Origin: Acidobacteriota bacterium
GTDB taxonomy: Bacteria > Acidobacteriota > Blastocatellia > RBC074
DNA: 36,454 nt
Assembly: GCA_031418175.1 (NCBI GenBank)
Contig: JANOWX010000865.1
Span: forward strand, 1-36,454
Direction of reading: 5' to 3'
Positions 36,113 through 36,454 of the stretch are shown piece by piece. Position 1 is the stretch's first letter, and the number at the start of each line of letters is the position of its first letter. Below the pieces are notes generated by a model, which made no database searches, was not told where the DNA came from, and worked only from the letters and a program-made list of their open reading frames with translations. A program made the position numbers and the translations under genes.

Positions 36113-36454
36113 ATGAGAAACACACTCAACCTGACCTATGCCATCCAGAAAACTCTGACGTTGTGTGCAAGCGGTATGCTGTCAGTCACGCTGCTCATCC
36201 TCGTGCAGCTATCAGCTACCGCCCAAACTACGCCGGACCCGGGCTTGCAACCCGATCGCGGCACACGCACGCCTGGGGCTTATTCCATCTCCGACCTTGA
36301 GAACATCAGCCTGACCAACGGCAATTTGAATTTAACGATCCCGCTCGCCTCGTTGCCGCCTTCGGCTGGCGGCAAACTCTCCTGGACGATCAATGCCAGC
36401 TATAACAGCAAGCTCTGGGATGTGAAATCGGATCAACAGCCAGCGGACATCTAT
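36113..36454 (+). CDS. N-terminus of an RHS/YD-repeat-like large secreted protein (partial, runs off the window)
   Basis: AAAGGAG lies before ATG 36113, and the ORF is open to the window end. It has a signal-like segment, then ISLTNGNLNLTIPLASLPPSAGGKLSWTINASYNSKLW, which resembles the conserved N-terminal region of RHS/Tc-type proteins. Confidence 0.5.
   Translation, partial: MRNTLNLTYAIQKTLTLCASGMLSVTLLILVQLSATAQTTPDPGLQPDRGTRTPGAYSISDLENISLTNGNLNLTIPLASLPPSAGGKLSWTINASYNSKLWDVKSDQQPADIY

Overview
High-GC (about 60% by eye) bacterial chromosomal segment. The gene content suggests Acidobacteriota: a CarboxypepD_reg-type TonB-dependent receptor, several secreted sortilin/VPS10-like Asp-box proteins and short REP-like intergenic repeats. 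This taxonomic call is inference only. Layout: (1) 0.1-9.7 kb is mostly housekeeping. It holds a PIN-like gene joined to a sigma-54 NtrC-family response regulator, queD, NAD-type isocitrate dehydrogenase, a minus-strand operon (small peptide, SAM methyltransferase, cyclase, cupin), a cyclophilin and a Tat-exported M24 peptidase. (2) 9.8-26.4 kb plus 31.1-34.4 kb is a large same-strand glycan-utilisation-like cluster: the TonB-dependent receptor, four paralogous ~900-1150 aa BNR/Asp-box proteins, and a Tat-exported GH127 fused to a DUF1566-like lectin-type domain. (3) Accessory insertions interrupt the cluster. They are a DUF433/DUF5615 toxin-antitoxin-like pair whose toxin is split at an in-phase G_GGA_AAC heptamer, a ~160-nt palindromic element, a DUF6883/DUF4926 pair, a split RHH-like antitoxin relic, an orphan diverged copy of the last 129 nt of the third BNR gene, and a lower-GC methyltransferase plus unknown 385-aa partner (R-M-like). 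(4) The right end holds an HTH-only AraC-like gene, a membrane-anchored unknown and the start of an RHS/YD-like protein. No rRNA, tRNA, CRISPR, integrase or transposase was recognised. All family names come from motif recognition by eye and need HMM or BLAST confirmation.
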